Assembly (NCBI GenBank): GCA_051294375.1
Contig: CM119265.1
Coordinates: 20,306,966-20,370,965 of the forward strand
Reading direction: 5' to 3'
Length of the DNA stretch: 64,000 nt
Origin: Paraspadella gotoi
Lineage: Eukaryota > Animalia > Chaetognatha
A model generated the notes under the pieces. That model was not told where the DNA came from, made no database searches, and worked only from the letters and a program-made list of their open reading frames with translations. Shown here piece by piece: positions 24,701 through 49,119 of this stretch. The stretch's first letter is position 1. Every line of letters starts with the position of its first letter. The position numbers and the translations under genes are program-made.

Positions 24701-27700
24701 TAAAATGTATTCTTTTTTGTTTCAAATTCCCTATATTTTTTCGGCAGATAGAGAAATAAAAATTTTGCCAAACACTTCCGGTCTCTACCTCAGGCAATTT
24801 TTCGGTTTATGCCTAATTTAATAGATTGAAACAAGAAAAACATGCGACACTGAATGCAGAGGGAAAGCTGAATAGAATGGGCAATTTACAAATTAACAAT
24901 TAACAATTTTAGTTTCATATCAGCAAATAAAAAATCGACTTTTTGGATCTAGACATTTGTAAATTTTTTTAAAAACCTATGTAAATTTTTTTTAATGAGG
25001 TAAAATTTATATTCTTGCAGCTAAAAAATCCCCAGAAGAGGATTTTGTGACAATGGATTTCCTAACAGAAGATGAAGACATTGGTTTACAACAGTCCAAA
25101 AAAATTTCTAATATGAAATGTCCAGATTCATGTGAAAAAAAATATAGTGTTCAAAACCAAGTAGAAGATGACTTACATGGTATAGAGATTGAAAAACTTT
25201 CTAAAAAATATTATAGCAATCATAAAAGAAAAACAATACTTAAACAAGAAAATGTAAAAACATCTCCCGAATCACATGATTCTTTAAAAAAAATTGAAAA
25301 AAATCAAGAAAGATACGATGAAAGGATTTGCAACAAGCAAAAATGTAAGATCTTAATAAAAATATAATGTTCAAAATAGTTCTTTTATTAAAATTTTTTT
25401 TCAGGTAAATCAATACAAAAAGAAAATGTACCTAATACCATTGAAATAGAACCTGAAATAATCTTTAAAAAATCATCTGAAACATTGTATATTAAAGATT
25501 CAGAAAAAGAATTAGTTTCTTCAAGAAAATGCCTAAAAACTTGTTCGAGGATGTGTGCCTTGCAAGATGGTTACCCAGAAAGATATGAAAGCCTAACCAA
25601 GTTAACAGAACAAAAGAGTAAGTATATAAATATATAAAAATAAAAGTAATATAAGCAACATCTGAGTAATAATGATATTGTTATCTAAAATTTTAACTAA
25701 ATAAAAATAAATATGAATATTATATTATATGAATATTAATATACAATATATTTATAATTGTAAAAAAATTTTTAGGATATAAAAAAGATGAAGACATCAC
25801 AAAATTATCTCTATCCGAAGACATAGAGCCAATGGAAATTGAATATCAGTCAGGGCCAGACTTTACTGAAAAATCATTTTTACAGAAAGAGAAATGTGCC
25901 TGCAAAACAGAAACTAAAGCTGACTGGAAAGAATATAATGAATCAATAAAAACGAATTTGTTTAAAGCAGGGAAGGATTGCGAAATCGCTTCTAAATCGA
26001 GTCAATATTTTGATGATAACAGCAAACAATCAAAATTTGTTTGTAAAAAACCAAAGGCTATTCAAGAACAAGCTCATGCAGAGCAAAGTTTTGAAAACAT
26101 TAAAATTGACAAAGCGTTGCTTAATTGTTATTGTTTTGTAAAAAGAACAAGTATTATTTTTTTTCTGCAATTAGTTTCATCATTGAGCTTTAAACACTCT
26201 CACTTCATTGATTTTAAGCTACGGGATAAAATTGCTTTTGGCAATGTTTTGGATATAACCAGTAGGGGGAAGTGAAAGTTTGGAATCAAAATTTAGCAGT
26301 TATATCTTGAAAACTATCATATTAGTAAATATTAATCTGTAATTATTTTTCTTTTTTTACAAATATAGTATCCCAGTCAGATTATTTGGTATATAGTACT
26401 ACCCTTATATAATATCAAAATTTCAATTTTTTTTTTAAATCTGAGAACAGATTCAGATTCCTTGTAAAAAGTTATAGTAAAAGTATAGTTAAAGTAAAAA
26501 AAATATAAACCTTTTTCAAAAATTATATCATTAAGTAGGTTAAAATTACAAAAAACTATATTTTTAAGCTGGAAATTAAAAATTGGCATATTAAATACAG
26601 TTTTTTACATTTTTGACCAACTTAATAAAAATATTTTTAAAAAAGAATTATACTTAGTTATATCAACTTTTTGCAAGGAATCCAAATAAGATCTTAAAAT
26701 TTAAAAATTTGCATTTTGAAATTTTAGCCTATTATAAACTTATTATTATATATAAATATAGCTCATTGGTGCCAACTAATGTATAAATTTCCCGAAGTAT
26801 TTTTAATAGTTTTTACTTTTATATTTCATATGCTAAATTTTAATTTTCTATAATTTTATCATTTTCACATCACTCTAATAACTAGCTTTTAATTAATTAA
26901 GAATGAAACAGAAACATTTGTTTTAAAGATTTAAAGTTTTAAAGATTTTTACAATTTTTGATTCATATTATTTCCCAAGGTTTCTCGTTTTTTTTGTTAA
27001 TAAACTCCTAATTTAGTCCATTATTTTCTTGTAAATTGCTTTCATAAAGAAAATAAAAGAATTCTTACCCCAAGGAAGTTAAAACTAATTAATTAATTAA
27101 CCTTTAAATAAACCATTATTTAGAATATCACTTTTTATAAAATGTTTATTTAATTCAATGAACAATATATATATATATCATTATCTTTAAGGAACGTTAA
27201 AAAATAAGTACATAAAATATAATTTTTATTGTGTCATTTGTATTTGGATACTGGGTAGCTTTGAATAAAGCCTAGGCTTTCTTTCAAATGGTGATAATAA
27301 ATGATTTTGACATATTAAAAAGCTTATAAAAAGTAATTGTACAAAGCATCTCGATAAGAAGTAAAAAATAGTTATTGATTGAACATTTGAAATTCATCAG
27401 CATCAACCCATTTTTTTTCTTACAAAAAAAAAATTAAATAAGAACAAGTTTGAGCAAACAATGCCGGATCTGCCCACGATCATTAGCGGTAAGCAGCTGA
27501 TCGGATAATTAATTTTACATTTAATATAAAAAAACTTAATCAAATATTTTTTTTTATTTAAACTTATTTCCACTGGGACGATTTTATCAAAATTCAATCA
27601 CACACTTTTTACCCAAACACAAAGTTTTAAGTAAATCGCCCCATCCACTAACATATTAATAAGGGTTGGACCGACAAAGTGAATTATAGAGCCGGAATCT

Positions 27701-30700
27701 GCAGTAAGCAGATCAGGTTAAAAACCATATCAGTACGTAATTTTTTCCATTCCCTCTTGGAAAATAAGGCGCCAAAACCTTTTATAGTTTCAGAAACTTT
27801 TACAGCATTACATTAAAAGAATAAAGATCGAAAAAAATAATACAGTCCTGTGCAAAAAAAAAAAAGCGCCACTTTATTTCAGACTTTAAAAATTACTTCA
27901 TATACTTAAATTTTTACAAAAATTTTAAAAGTGACTTCATGTTTATTGAAAGATGATAAGTTTGGCATAAATTTTATTAAAATTGGGCCATCCATTTAGG
28001 AGTAATGATTTTTTAAAATGAAATACTCTACTGCAAAGCCGAATATAAAAAAATCTGATAAATTTTAAACTAATCTTTTTTCTTCTGATTTTTTGCAATA
28101 TTTTATTATTTTGAAATAGATTAAAAATGAAAAAAATTTACACTGGACATTCGGAAGGATAGATGGATAACTGGATAGCCCCAGATCTTTAAATAATAAT
28201 CTTAAGGTTATTAAAACATACGATGAAAGACAGGTCCATGATTCTGAAACTTTTGCATGGATTTAAAATGGAGTAAAATGAAATGATCAAATAATGTAAC
28301 TAAATTATCTGATAAAACGACTTCAGATTTTGCATCCTGGTAAAAAAATCACTAACGTTTTTTTATCTTTTAACTCCCAGTAGTTCAGCTTGCTTACTTT
28401 CTTAGTTATTTGCTCATCAATGGGATGATTGAGTTTCAAAAAAGCAAATTTTTTGCATTTGAATAGGACCTTCATATTTATTATAAGATAAGGGAGTGGT
28501 CTTTTCATACAATTGAAACATTCTTTAAAATATTTTCCACTTCATTGATAGGGAAGCCAGGTACTCTGGGAGTGAATAAACGAGACTGTGAGAGAGTCTT
28601 GATTGAAAGCTTGCAGGGACCTGCTATGTCATTATCTTGTAAGAGTGGAGGCCTTAAACCACCAAAGCCTGTCCAAAGTCAGGGGCAAGATAGCTTATTT
28701 ATTAAATGAATGGATAATTTTTATATTGGTTGTACCAATTTCATATATTTTTATAAAAAAAAATATTTTAAAATTTTGGTTCATCTCATAGATATAGATA
28801 TTGCAGTATGTGTCAGAGCAATCTGAATGTTAAAAGCTTTTTCACAACCACAATAACAGCCTTTTCTATTTTAGAATTTTTTTAGTTAAAAAAATATATA
28901 TAATTAAAAGTCAATTTTCCTGTTTGGTTTTGGAACATTCAAGTTTAAAAAATATTATCTCCAAAACCACTTTACCGATTATAATAAAATTTAAACATTG
29001 ATTTTTTAAATTTATTTTTTATATAATTTTTAAAAATATCTTTATAGGGCGTCTGGAATTTAAAGTTATAAAGTGGCGCGTTTTTTTTGTTACAGGACTG
29101 TACACCCATTTGAAAAAATGAGCTTATTCTGATTCAAATGAACCTATTTCAAGCGTAATATGATTTTAAGTATAATTATATTTTATATCTAAAAACTATG
29201 AATAACTAAAACTGCGCATGAGATGACGAAAAAAAATTATCATAATATTATAAATGATTGTTTTTGGATAATTTTCATAGAAATTAAAAAACCCTGATTT
29301 TCTGTTATATCCTTCTTTTCATTAAAACCTCATACCTATGTTATTAATCGCATTTTACTAAAAATAGCTCATTCGAATCACAAAAAGCCAAATTTTTTAA
29401 ATATATAATTTTCCCCCAAGATTTTGATATTAAAGGGGTCAAAAGTTAGTCCAAAGTCTCGGCGACCTATTCATTATCCAAGATGGTAATTAAGGTATCA
29501 ATTTCCTATGGACATTTCTTTAACTATGAGGTTTGGAGTCTCAATGGTAAACCCTCACAATTCTTAAAAAAAGGCAAAAAGTTTACAAATGTGGATTCAT
29601 CAGAAGTTGGCAAAGTATCAATGACATTAATGAATGAGGGAATCATAAAACACACTGATAATACTTCGGTGAAAAAGAATAGCAGAGCAACAAAAATTTT
29701 GGAAGGCTATTCTACTGATCCTGCAAAGTATGATGTTGATAAAATTCTATTAAGAAAGAATGTATGCAAAAAAGGTCAATGTAAAAAAGAAATAAGTGGT
29801 GAAAGTGAAAAAGATAAGATACCATTGAAACTGAGAAGTGAATTACAATGTCCAACATCAAGTAAGGATGAGAGATATGTTATCAAACAATCTTCAAAAA
29901 TTATGATCACACAAGAAGAAGAAATCGATAGAACTATGGGAGCAAACATTGAAGAAGCAAAATGCTTTTGCATAAAACAAAGAAAAAAGAAAGCAAGTAA
30001 GAAGAATATTTTAATGAACTAGTTACTGATAAAGTGCTGTCAACTGTGTATTATGGCAACAGCCGGGTTGCCTGAGATGACCAGTCGGATGGGGCATCTC
30101 ACTGATGGCTTTAGGGGATACAGACCCTCAGTGACATCTCTTATCATTGGCACGAATACCCGAGGACAGTCTCGCTTTGCCAACGCAGAGAGAAGTCGTT
30201 AGGACTGTACTGTGTAGTGTGTATGGAGCGTAACATGTTTGGAGGAAATTTTAAGAATGTTTTAAACCAGTTTTAACTTATGTTTTGAACATTTCAAAAA
30301 AGTCAATGATTTCTATCAGATGGTTTAATAAAATTTTCTTAATGGTTGGTAGGTCACGTATCATTAATTTTATTTCGTGTCAGATGATTTGGCTCACGGG
30401 GTATAAGCGCAATAATCAGCAATTCAGTATACCCATTACCAAATTAATATGGATAATAAATGAAGTAATTTTTTTTGACTTAGGAAAAAATTCTGCAGAG
30501 AACGAATCTATATGCGTCGCCATTGAATCTAATACAGATCTGATTAGGAGAGATTCAAAATTGACTGATCATAAAATCAGTACTAAAGTAACTGATTCTA
30601 AGGTTTTTTATGATCAAACTTGTAAAATTTGTGAAAATAATAAGAAAAGAAGCAAAACTGTAAGTAATGTTCAAAGCCTCAAAATATGTGCTACAAGTTG

Positions 30701-33700
30701 TGCTAGGCAAAAACCTAAAAGCTCAAAGGAGGAATACTTGGAAAAAGAACAATCCATAAAATTAGAAATCGGTACAGCTGGAACAGCAGAGCAGATCCGC
30801 AACATAACACTTACAGAAAGCTGCCCTAAGGAAAAAAGTAAGACTAAATTTAATGGATTCAATGAAATATTTTTTCATGGCAAAGTTATTTTTTTGGTTA
30901 TTACTATAAGTACTTCTGTAAATATAATAATATAATAAAATAATAAATTAGTTGTGGCAACACATTCACTATAACCCACCACCTGATTCCATCAGCGCAA
31001 CCAGGTGGCGTAAGAGCGAGAATTCGCGCCCCATTGGTGTTAATGCTAGTAAGCGCCAGGGTGTAGTGGCAGACTTAAACTAGCAAATAACAGGCGGTAA
31101 TTTGTCCTGTCTGTGCTTGGGGTAGCCCAACTCTATGGGGTGAGTCAAAAATTTAGAGTGAGTACATGCTCAAACGAAAATTTATACATTTTTAAGAATA
31201 CTTTCAATGGACAAAAAAATTCTTATATGGCTCTATACCCTAGTAATTAATTTTTCAATATTTATTTATAGATAGGAAAGGCCAAAAATGTTTTTTAAAA
31301 TTTTTAAATTTAATAATTTGATAACTGAGTCAAAATTAAGAAATACTGTAAAAAATCATCATCATCTTTCAATGATTTTATCAATTTTTTTATATTTTCA
31401 CTTAGAAAACGTAAGATTTTTTAAAAAGTAATTATTTTTCTCGTTTAACTTTTTATGCTCTATCAGAATCCATAAAAATTTTTTTAAGATTTACAAAAAA
31501 ATTGTTTTCTTTATATACTAATCTAATATTTTTAATTAGGCTAGTACCCTCGGAAAGAAAGCATTTTAGACAAAAAATATTTTAATACCATAATCGATGA
31601 TCATGATAATTTTTTCAACGCTGTATACATTAGCATTTAAATTTCATCGGCTATCTGTGCGGCATTAAATGGTTACCTTTTGTTTAATCTTTTTTTTATT
31701 TTTTCTATTACTCAGACGACTATTTTGGAGAAATAGAAATTATGGATGTTGATTCAGAATTATTACTCGACGACGATTATGATATTTCTCCAAAGAAATC
31801 CTTTAAAGAAAAAGATTGTTCCCCATATAAAGTACCCGTCATTCAGGCTGCGGAGCAGAATAACCAAACAAAAGATACAATTATAAGAAAGTGTAATGGA
31901 ACCAAATACAGCCCTAAAAATACAGTCTGTGCAACATGCGGTTTGAAGGCGCAATGTATTGCACCTAATTTTGAGTTCTCAACTCGAAGCCATATGCAGG
32001 ATACTGAGTCTTTCAAGACAAACCTTGAAAAAAGCAAGTTTAAATATTTTTGTTTTAGTTTACGATAATACCTCGAATTAATTTATTTTTAGGTCAAAGC
32101 ATACAGCCAATGGAATTTGAAGGCGAGAAACCATTACAAACAATTGAAATAAAATGTCATCCTTGTTGTTTAAAACAACTTAACACAAAAGAGCAATCAC
32201 AAACCACAATTAGAGGACCACACAACAGTAATATTTTTTACGATACTAACAAGAGAGTAAAAGTGTTGCCACAAACCATCAATTTCTTTTTCCAAGATGG
32301 GAGCATTCCTGGCCAACAAACTAATTTGTCGAGGCCGGCCAGAAAATGCACGGCTGCGGTTCGAAAAAAAGCGGCGAGGGCGGAATGTCAAGCGGACAGT
32401 TTAACGTGTCAATTATCAGGAGAACCTGCCCAAGAAAAAAAATACCGGGTAAATGGGTTTACTCTCAAATTTAGCTTTAAATTTAACGCAGCTGAGGAAA
32501 TCAACGTAAGGTCCCCAATATAGCAAGCTGAAAATAATTCTGATTTTATTTANNNNNNNNNNTTTATTGTGTGTTTCACCATAAGTTTTAAATTTTTATG
32601 AAGTGCGGTGGTATATTCACACCGCTTTACATCCGCCATCGTTCAGCCAATCCCGTTGGCTCAGAGTGAGAACGCACCATCCCAGGCGTTGCGTTCCATC
32701 CAAAGTCTTATCGACTTCCCTCTGCATTGACAAAGCGAGACCTTCCAAGGGTAACCGCGCCAACAGTGAGATGCCCCAACCCAGTCGGAATAACAGAAAA
32801 CCGTGCTGTTGCCATAGAAGATTAGATAAGTATGGCAACAGCCGGGTTGCTTGTTATGCCCAATGGGATGGGGCATCTCACTGTTAACTATGGCTGCTTC
32901 CGACCCTAGGATGGTCTCGCTTTGCCAACGCAGAGGGAAGTCATTAGTGTTAGATCCAAAGACTCGCGAATCGTGCTATCTGAGTTCGAACTTTACTTCG
33001 TTACAAGGATTTATCGTTTGGATCATTTTGTCATTCGTGCTTTAGTTTATTCATTTATACTGATTTGGCTGAACGATGGTGGACGTGAGGCGGTGTGAAT
33101 ATATATATATAAGGCACTTTTCTAAATATTTATCTTGTCTGGCGATTGGCGTATTCGATAAAAATGATAATAATGATATTGAGGCGACTTACCACCGGTC
33201 TCTCTCTCTCTAAATATTGTAAGTGTGGGGGCTATCCACACTAATATAGCGGTATGGCGACCCTCTCGGTCACTTCAATATTGATATTTTAAGAAAAAGA
33301 CAAGTTGTATTACATATGATGGAAGCTTTAAACCACCAAAGCCTGTCCAAAGTCAGGGGCAAAGATAGCTTGTTTATTAAATGAATGGATTTTTAAATTG
33401 GTTGTACCAATTTCATAACCATAGGGACAGATGAAATGGACAAAACTTATTTAAATTTAATTTGAAATTTTTTTTCTTTTCCATCCAATAAATTGAAATT
33501 ATGGTTCAACAGATTGACAATTCAGAAGAATAATTTTAATTTTTTTAAGTCCTCGACGGAAATGCCGTTGGCGGACGGAAGTCCCAGTGAGCGAGCAATC
33601 CAAATCGGGCCAAATCGCTGTGTTCCGACCTACAAATGGTGCACGGTGTACAATTGCGTGAATTTAGAGCCTGTCGCCGACGATTTCATACGCAGAGCGG

Positions 33701-34122
33701 GTGGAAACGAGAATTTCGCCTCAAACTCCCGACGAACACGCGCCGTGCAAATCGTGGAACCTCTTGAGAGACGCTTCGATCAAAAAACGCTGTTTCCGCA
33801 GGATCTCGAACGTAGAGGAAAGAAACGTTTACGGTTCCCCGTCAATGATGGGCGAACTCGCCCATCGGCCAAAAGGCAGCGGACGACGGAAGCAGGATTC
33901 GGAAACGCGTTGATTATTTGGAGTCGAAAAGCCGAGGAAGCCAAAAGAACGCTAGTGGGAAAGCGAGCATCGAAGGGAGGAACGAGCGACACGGAAATGG
34001 AACTCGGGAAACAGGGACGAGGACCGAAACGAAAGAGAAGCGAGGCGAATAACGAAGAACGTGACCGAGCAAAGGTTATAGAAATCGCCAAAGGGAATAT
34101 AAGATACAAGCTCGTCAATTGA
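771..34122 (+). CDS. Large multi-exon gene for a low-complexity Lys/Glu/Ser-rich protein with repeated modules and Cys clusters (my estimate about 2,100-2,200 aa); function unknown
   Basis: Open splice-site-bounded exons joined in frame: 771-999, 1130-1273, 1360-1461, 2517-2648, 4413-4547, 4605-4742, ~4844-4921, 6260-6373, 6473-6580, 7558-7674, 9548-9652, 9794-9898, 10040-10144, 12750-12866, 13902-14018, 14122-14229, 15152-15700, 15849-16196, 16896-17330, 22745-23179, 25021-25344, 25405-25617, 25776-26150, 29574-29996, 30484-30837, 31716-32033, 32093-32448 and probably terminal 33550-34122. Internal exons from 1130 to 32033 are all multiples of 3 and phase 1. The start is uncertain (candidate ATG at 855). 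Confidence 0.8.
1532..2407 (-). mobile_element. Solo LTR-like element (fifth family) with tRNA-like module, split by a MITE
   Basis: Ends TGTAGT...ACTACA. The minus strand has the hairpin GTAGTGAT/ATCACTAC, then TTCATCTCCAAAC...GGTTCTAGCCC, similar to the TRIM LTR. No matching TSD. A related fragment lies at ~33220-33280. Confidence 0.6.
1828..2381. mobile_element. MITE with 8-bp TSD (hAT-like)
   Basis: Termini TAAAGCGG...CCGCCTTA; ATGGGTAG is duplicated at 1820-1827 and 2382-2389. Confidence 0.75.
4061..4292 (-). mobile_element. Solo LTR of the same TRIM family
   Basis: Near-identical to the LTRs at 20128 and 20547, flanked by the 4-bp TSD CTCC. Confidence 0.9.
5407..5762. mobile_element. 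AT-rich MITE
   Basis: TIR TATAGTAATATCCTTAT...ATAAGGATATTACTATA; related sequence starts at ~13445 and ~26393. Confidence 0.75.
5888..6145 (+). mobile_element. Solo LTR (second family) with tRNA-like module
   Basis: TG...CA ends, 4-bp TSD CTCC on both sides, internal CCCATTGGCT...CCGGGTTCAATCCC (A/B-box-like). Confidence 0.82.
7886..8985 (+). mobile_element. HINE-like family 3
   Basis: 5' ATCGTCGCAATCGC with adjacent inverted TTGCGACGAT, a CGT-rich microsatellite, and 3' subterminal repeat GCGATTGTGACGAT at ~8950 followed by a T run. Confidence 0.65.
9548..10170 (+). repeat. Tandem 246-bp exon+intron duplication (about 2.5 copies; a further copy at ~12390-12950 beyond the insertions)
   Basis: Exon starts at 9548, 9794 and 10040 with nearly identical intervening introns. 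Confidence 0.92.
10173..12309. mobile_element. Foldback/long-TIR non-autonomous DNA transposon (~2.1 kb) in a TA-rich site
   Basis: TATATTAGACACATTTGAATCCGACA... is mirrored by ...TGTCGGATTCAAATGTGTCTAATATA, with inverted similarity over several hundred bp. It interrupts one copy of the repeated intron. Confidence 0.88.
12454..12700 (-). mobile_element. Solo LTR (third family) with B-box-like motif
   Basis: TGT...ACA ends and TSD AAGT. The empty site ttttgaagtaaa is visible in the paralogous intron copies near 9740 and 9990. The minus strand reads GGGTTCAATCCC. Confidence 0.88.
14304..14992 (+). mobile_element. DINE-1/HINE-like non-autonomous Helentron, family 1
   Basis: 5' subterminal repeat CCGGATCTGC with adjacent partial inverted copy, GTCC microsatellite, 3' subterminal repeat GCAGATCCGG, short hairpin GTTTG-CT-CAAAC and T-rich ends. 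Opposite-orientation copies at ~3320-4056, 21877-22570, 27444-27725 and 38802-40186; fragment at ~37520-37570. Confidence 0.82.
14711..14930 (-). mobile_element. HINE-like family 2 nested in a family 1 copy
   Basis: End palindrome GTTGCTCCGCGAGTACTCGCGTCGCAAC (also at ~7180-7210); the opposite end has a matching subterminal repeat plus a GGAA/TTCC hairpin. Confidence 0.65.
19024..19259 (+). mobile_element. Solo LTR (fourth family) with tRNA-like module, inserted in the Penelope relic
   Basis: TG...CA ends, flanks GACA/GGCA (3 of 4 match), 5' hairpin TGAGGCAGC/GCTGTCTCA, then TGGCTGAGCAGG...CCCGGGTTCAATC. Confidence 0.68.
20128..20779 (-). mobile_element. Complete non-autonomous LTR element (TRIM) with a tRNA-like sequence inside each LTR
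   Basis: Two ~235-bp direct repeats (20128-20362 and 20547-20779). On the minus strand, the PBS TGGTGAGCCCGAC (tRNA-Trp-like) lies 1 nt after the 5' LTR and the PPT GGGAGGGGGA precedes the 3' LTR. The ~184-bp interior is non-coding and the TSD is CTAT (4 bp). Confidence 0.92.
21376..21418 (+). ncRNA. Minimal type I hammerhead ribozyme remnant (Penelope-type)
   Basis: CTGATGA-A-GACTC(loop)GAGTC-GAAAC-ATG with a mutated cleavage triplet. The sister copy at 17893-17922 (minus) keeps CATGTA-CG but has lost stem II. Confidence 0.65.
23721..24332 (+). mobile_element. MITE family with TAG...CTA ends and 7-bp TSD
   Basis: TSD TCTGAAA here. Copy 31117-31653 has TSD TCTGTGC; related inverted copy 23196-23602 has TTTTAAG/TTTTAAC; partial copy at ~43931-44110. 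Confidence 0.85.
27843..29100. mobile_element. Tc1/mariner-like MITE
   Basis: TA|CAGTCCTGT...GCGCCACTTTA is mirrored by TAAAGTGGCGC...ACAGGACTG|TA. Confidence 0.85.
28490..28745 (+). repeat. Dispersed ~255-bp repeat with a shared 3' end and variable 5' truncation (retroposed SINE/LINE tail-like)
   Basis: Copies ending GGTTGTACC(A/G)ATTTCA at 20870-21120 (minus), 33320-33416, 45350-45425 and 49283-49362; fragment at ~55725-55760. Confidence 0.75.
31117..31653 (+). mobile_element. Second copy of the 7-bp-TSD MITE
   Basis: Collinear with 23721-24332; TCTGTGC on both flanks. Confidence 0.85.
32612..33102. mobile_element. MITE with ~40-bp TIRs and an internal inverted repeat
   Basis: TATATTCACACCGC...CCATCGTTCAGCCAATC is mirrored at 33062-33102; internal segments also occur at ~30050-30200. 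Confidence 0.8.
33550..34122 (+). CDS. Basic Arg/Lys-rich ORF; probable terminal exon of the large + strand gene, or a stand-alone gene starting at MPLADG
   Basis: About 190 open codons, GC-rich relative to the flanks. The acceptor ttttaag| at 33549 is phase 0, compatible with the donor CGG|GTAAAT at 32449, but the join crosses an assembly gap. Confidence 0.65.
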   Translation, partial: SSTEMPLADGSPSERAIQIGPNRCVPTYKWCTVYNCVNLEPVADDFIRRAGGNENFASNSRRTRAVQIVEPLERRFDQKTLFPQDLERRGKKRLRFPVNDGRTRPSAKRQRTTEAGFGNALIIWSRKAEEAKRTLVGKRASKGGTSDTEMELGKQGRGPKRKRSEANNEERDRAKVIEIAKGNIRYKLVN

Positions 34123-34242
34123 AGACGAAGAAATTCAGCATACAGATAGGATATCCAATTTTCATAAATACCTTTTTTGATTATTAAACGATATTGAACC
34201 CATTTTTGTTTAAAACATGTTTAATTTACGCTAATCGTTGAC

Positions 34243-49119
<14,877 letters not shown>

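Noticed and set aside
30838-30890. Possible GC donor at CATG|GCAAAG
   Set aside because: A canonical phase-1 donor A|GTAAGA at 30838 explains the junction.
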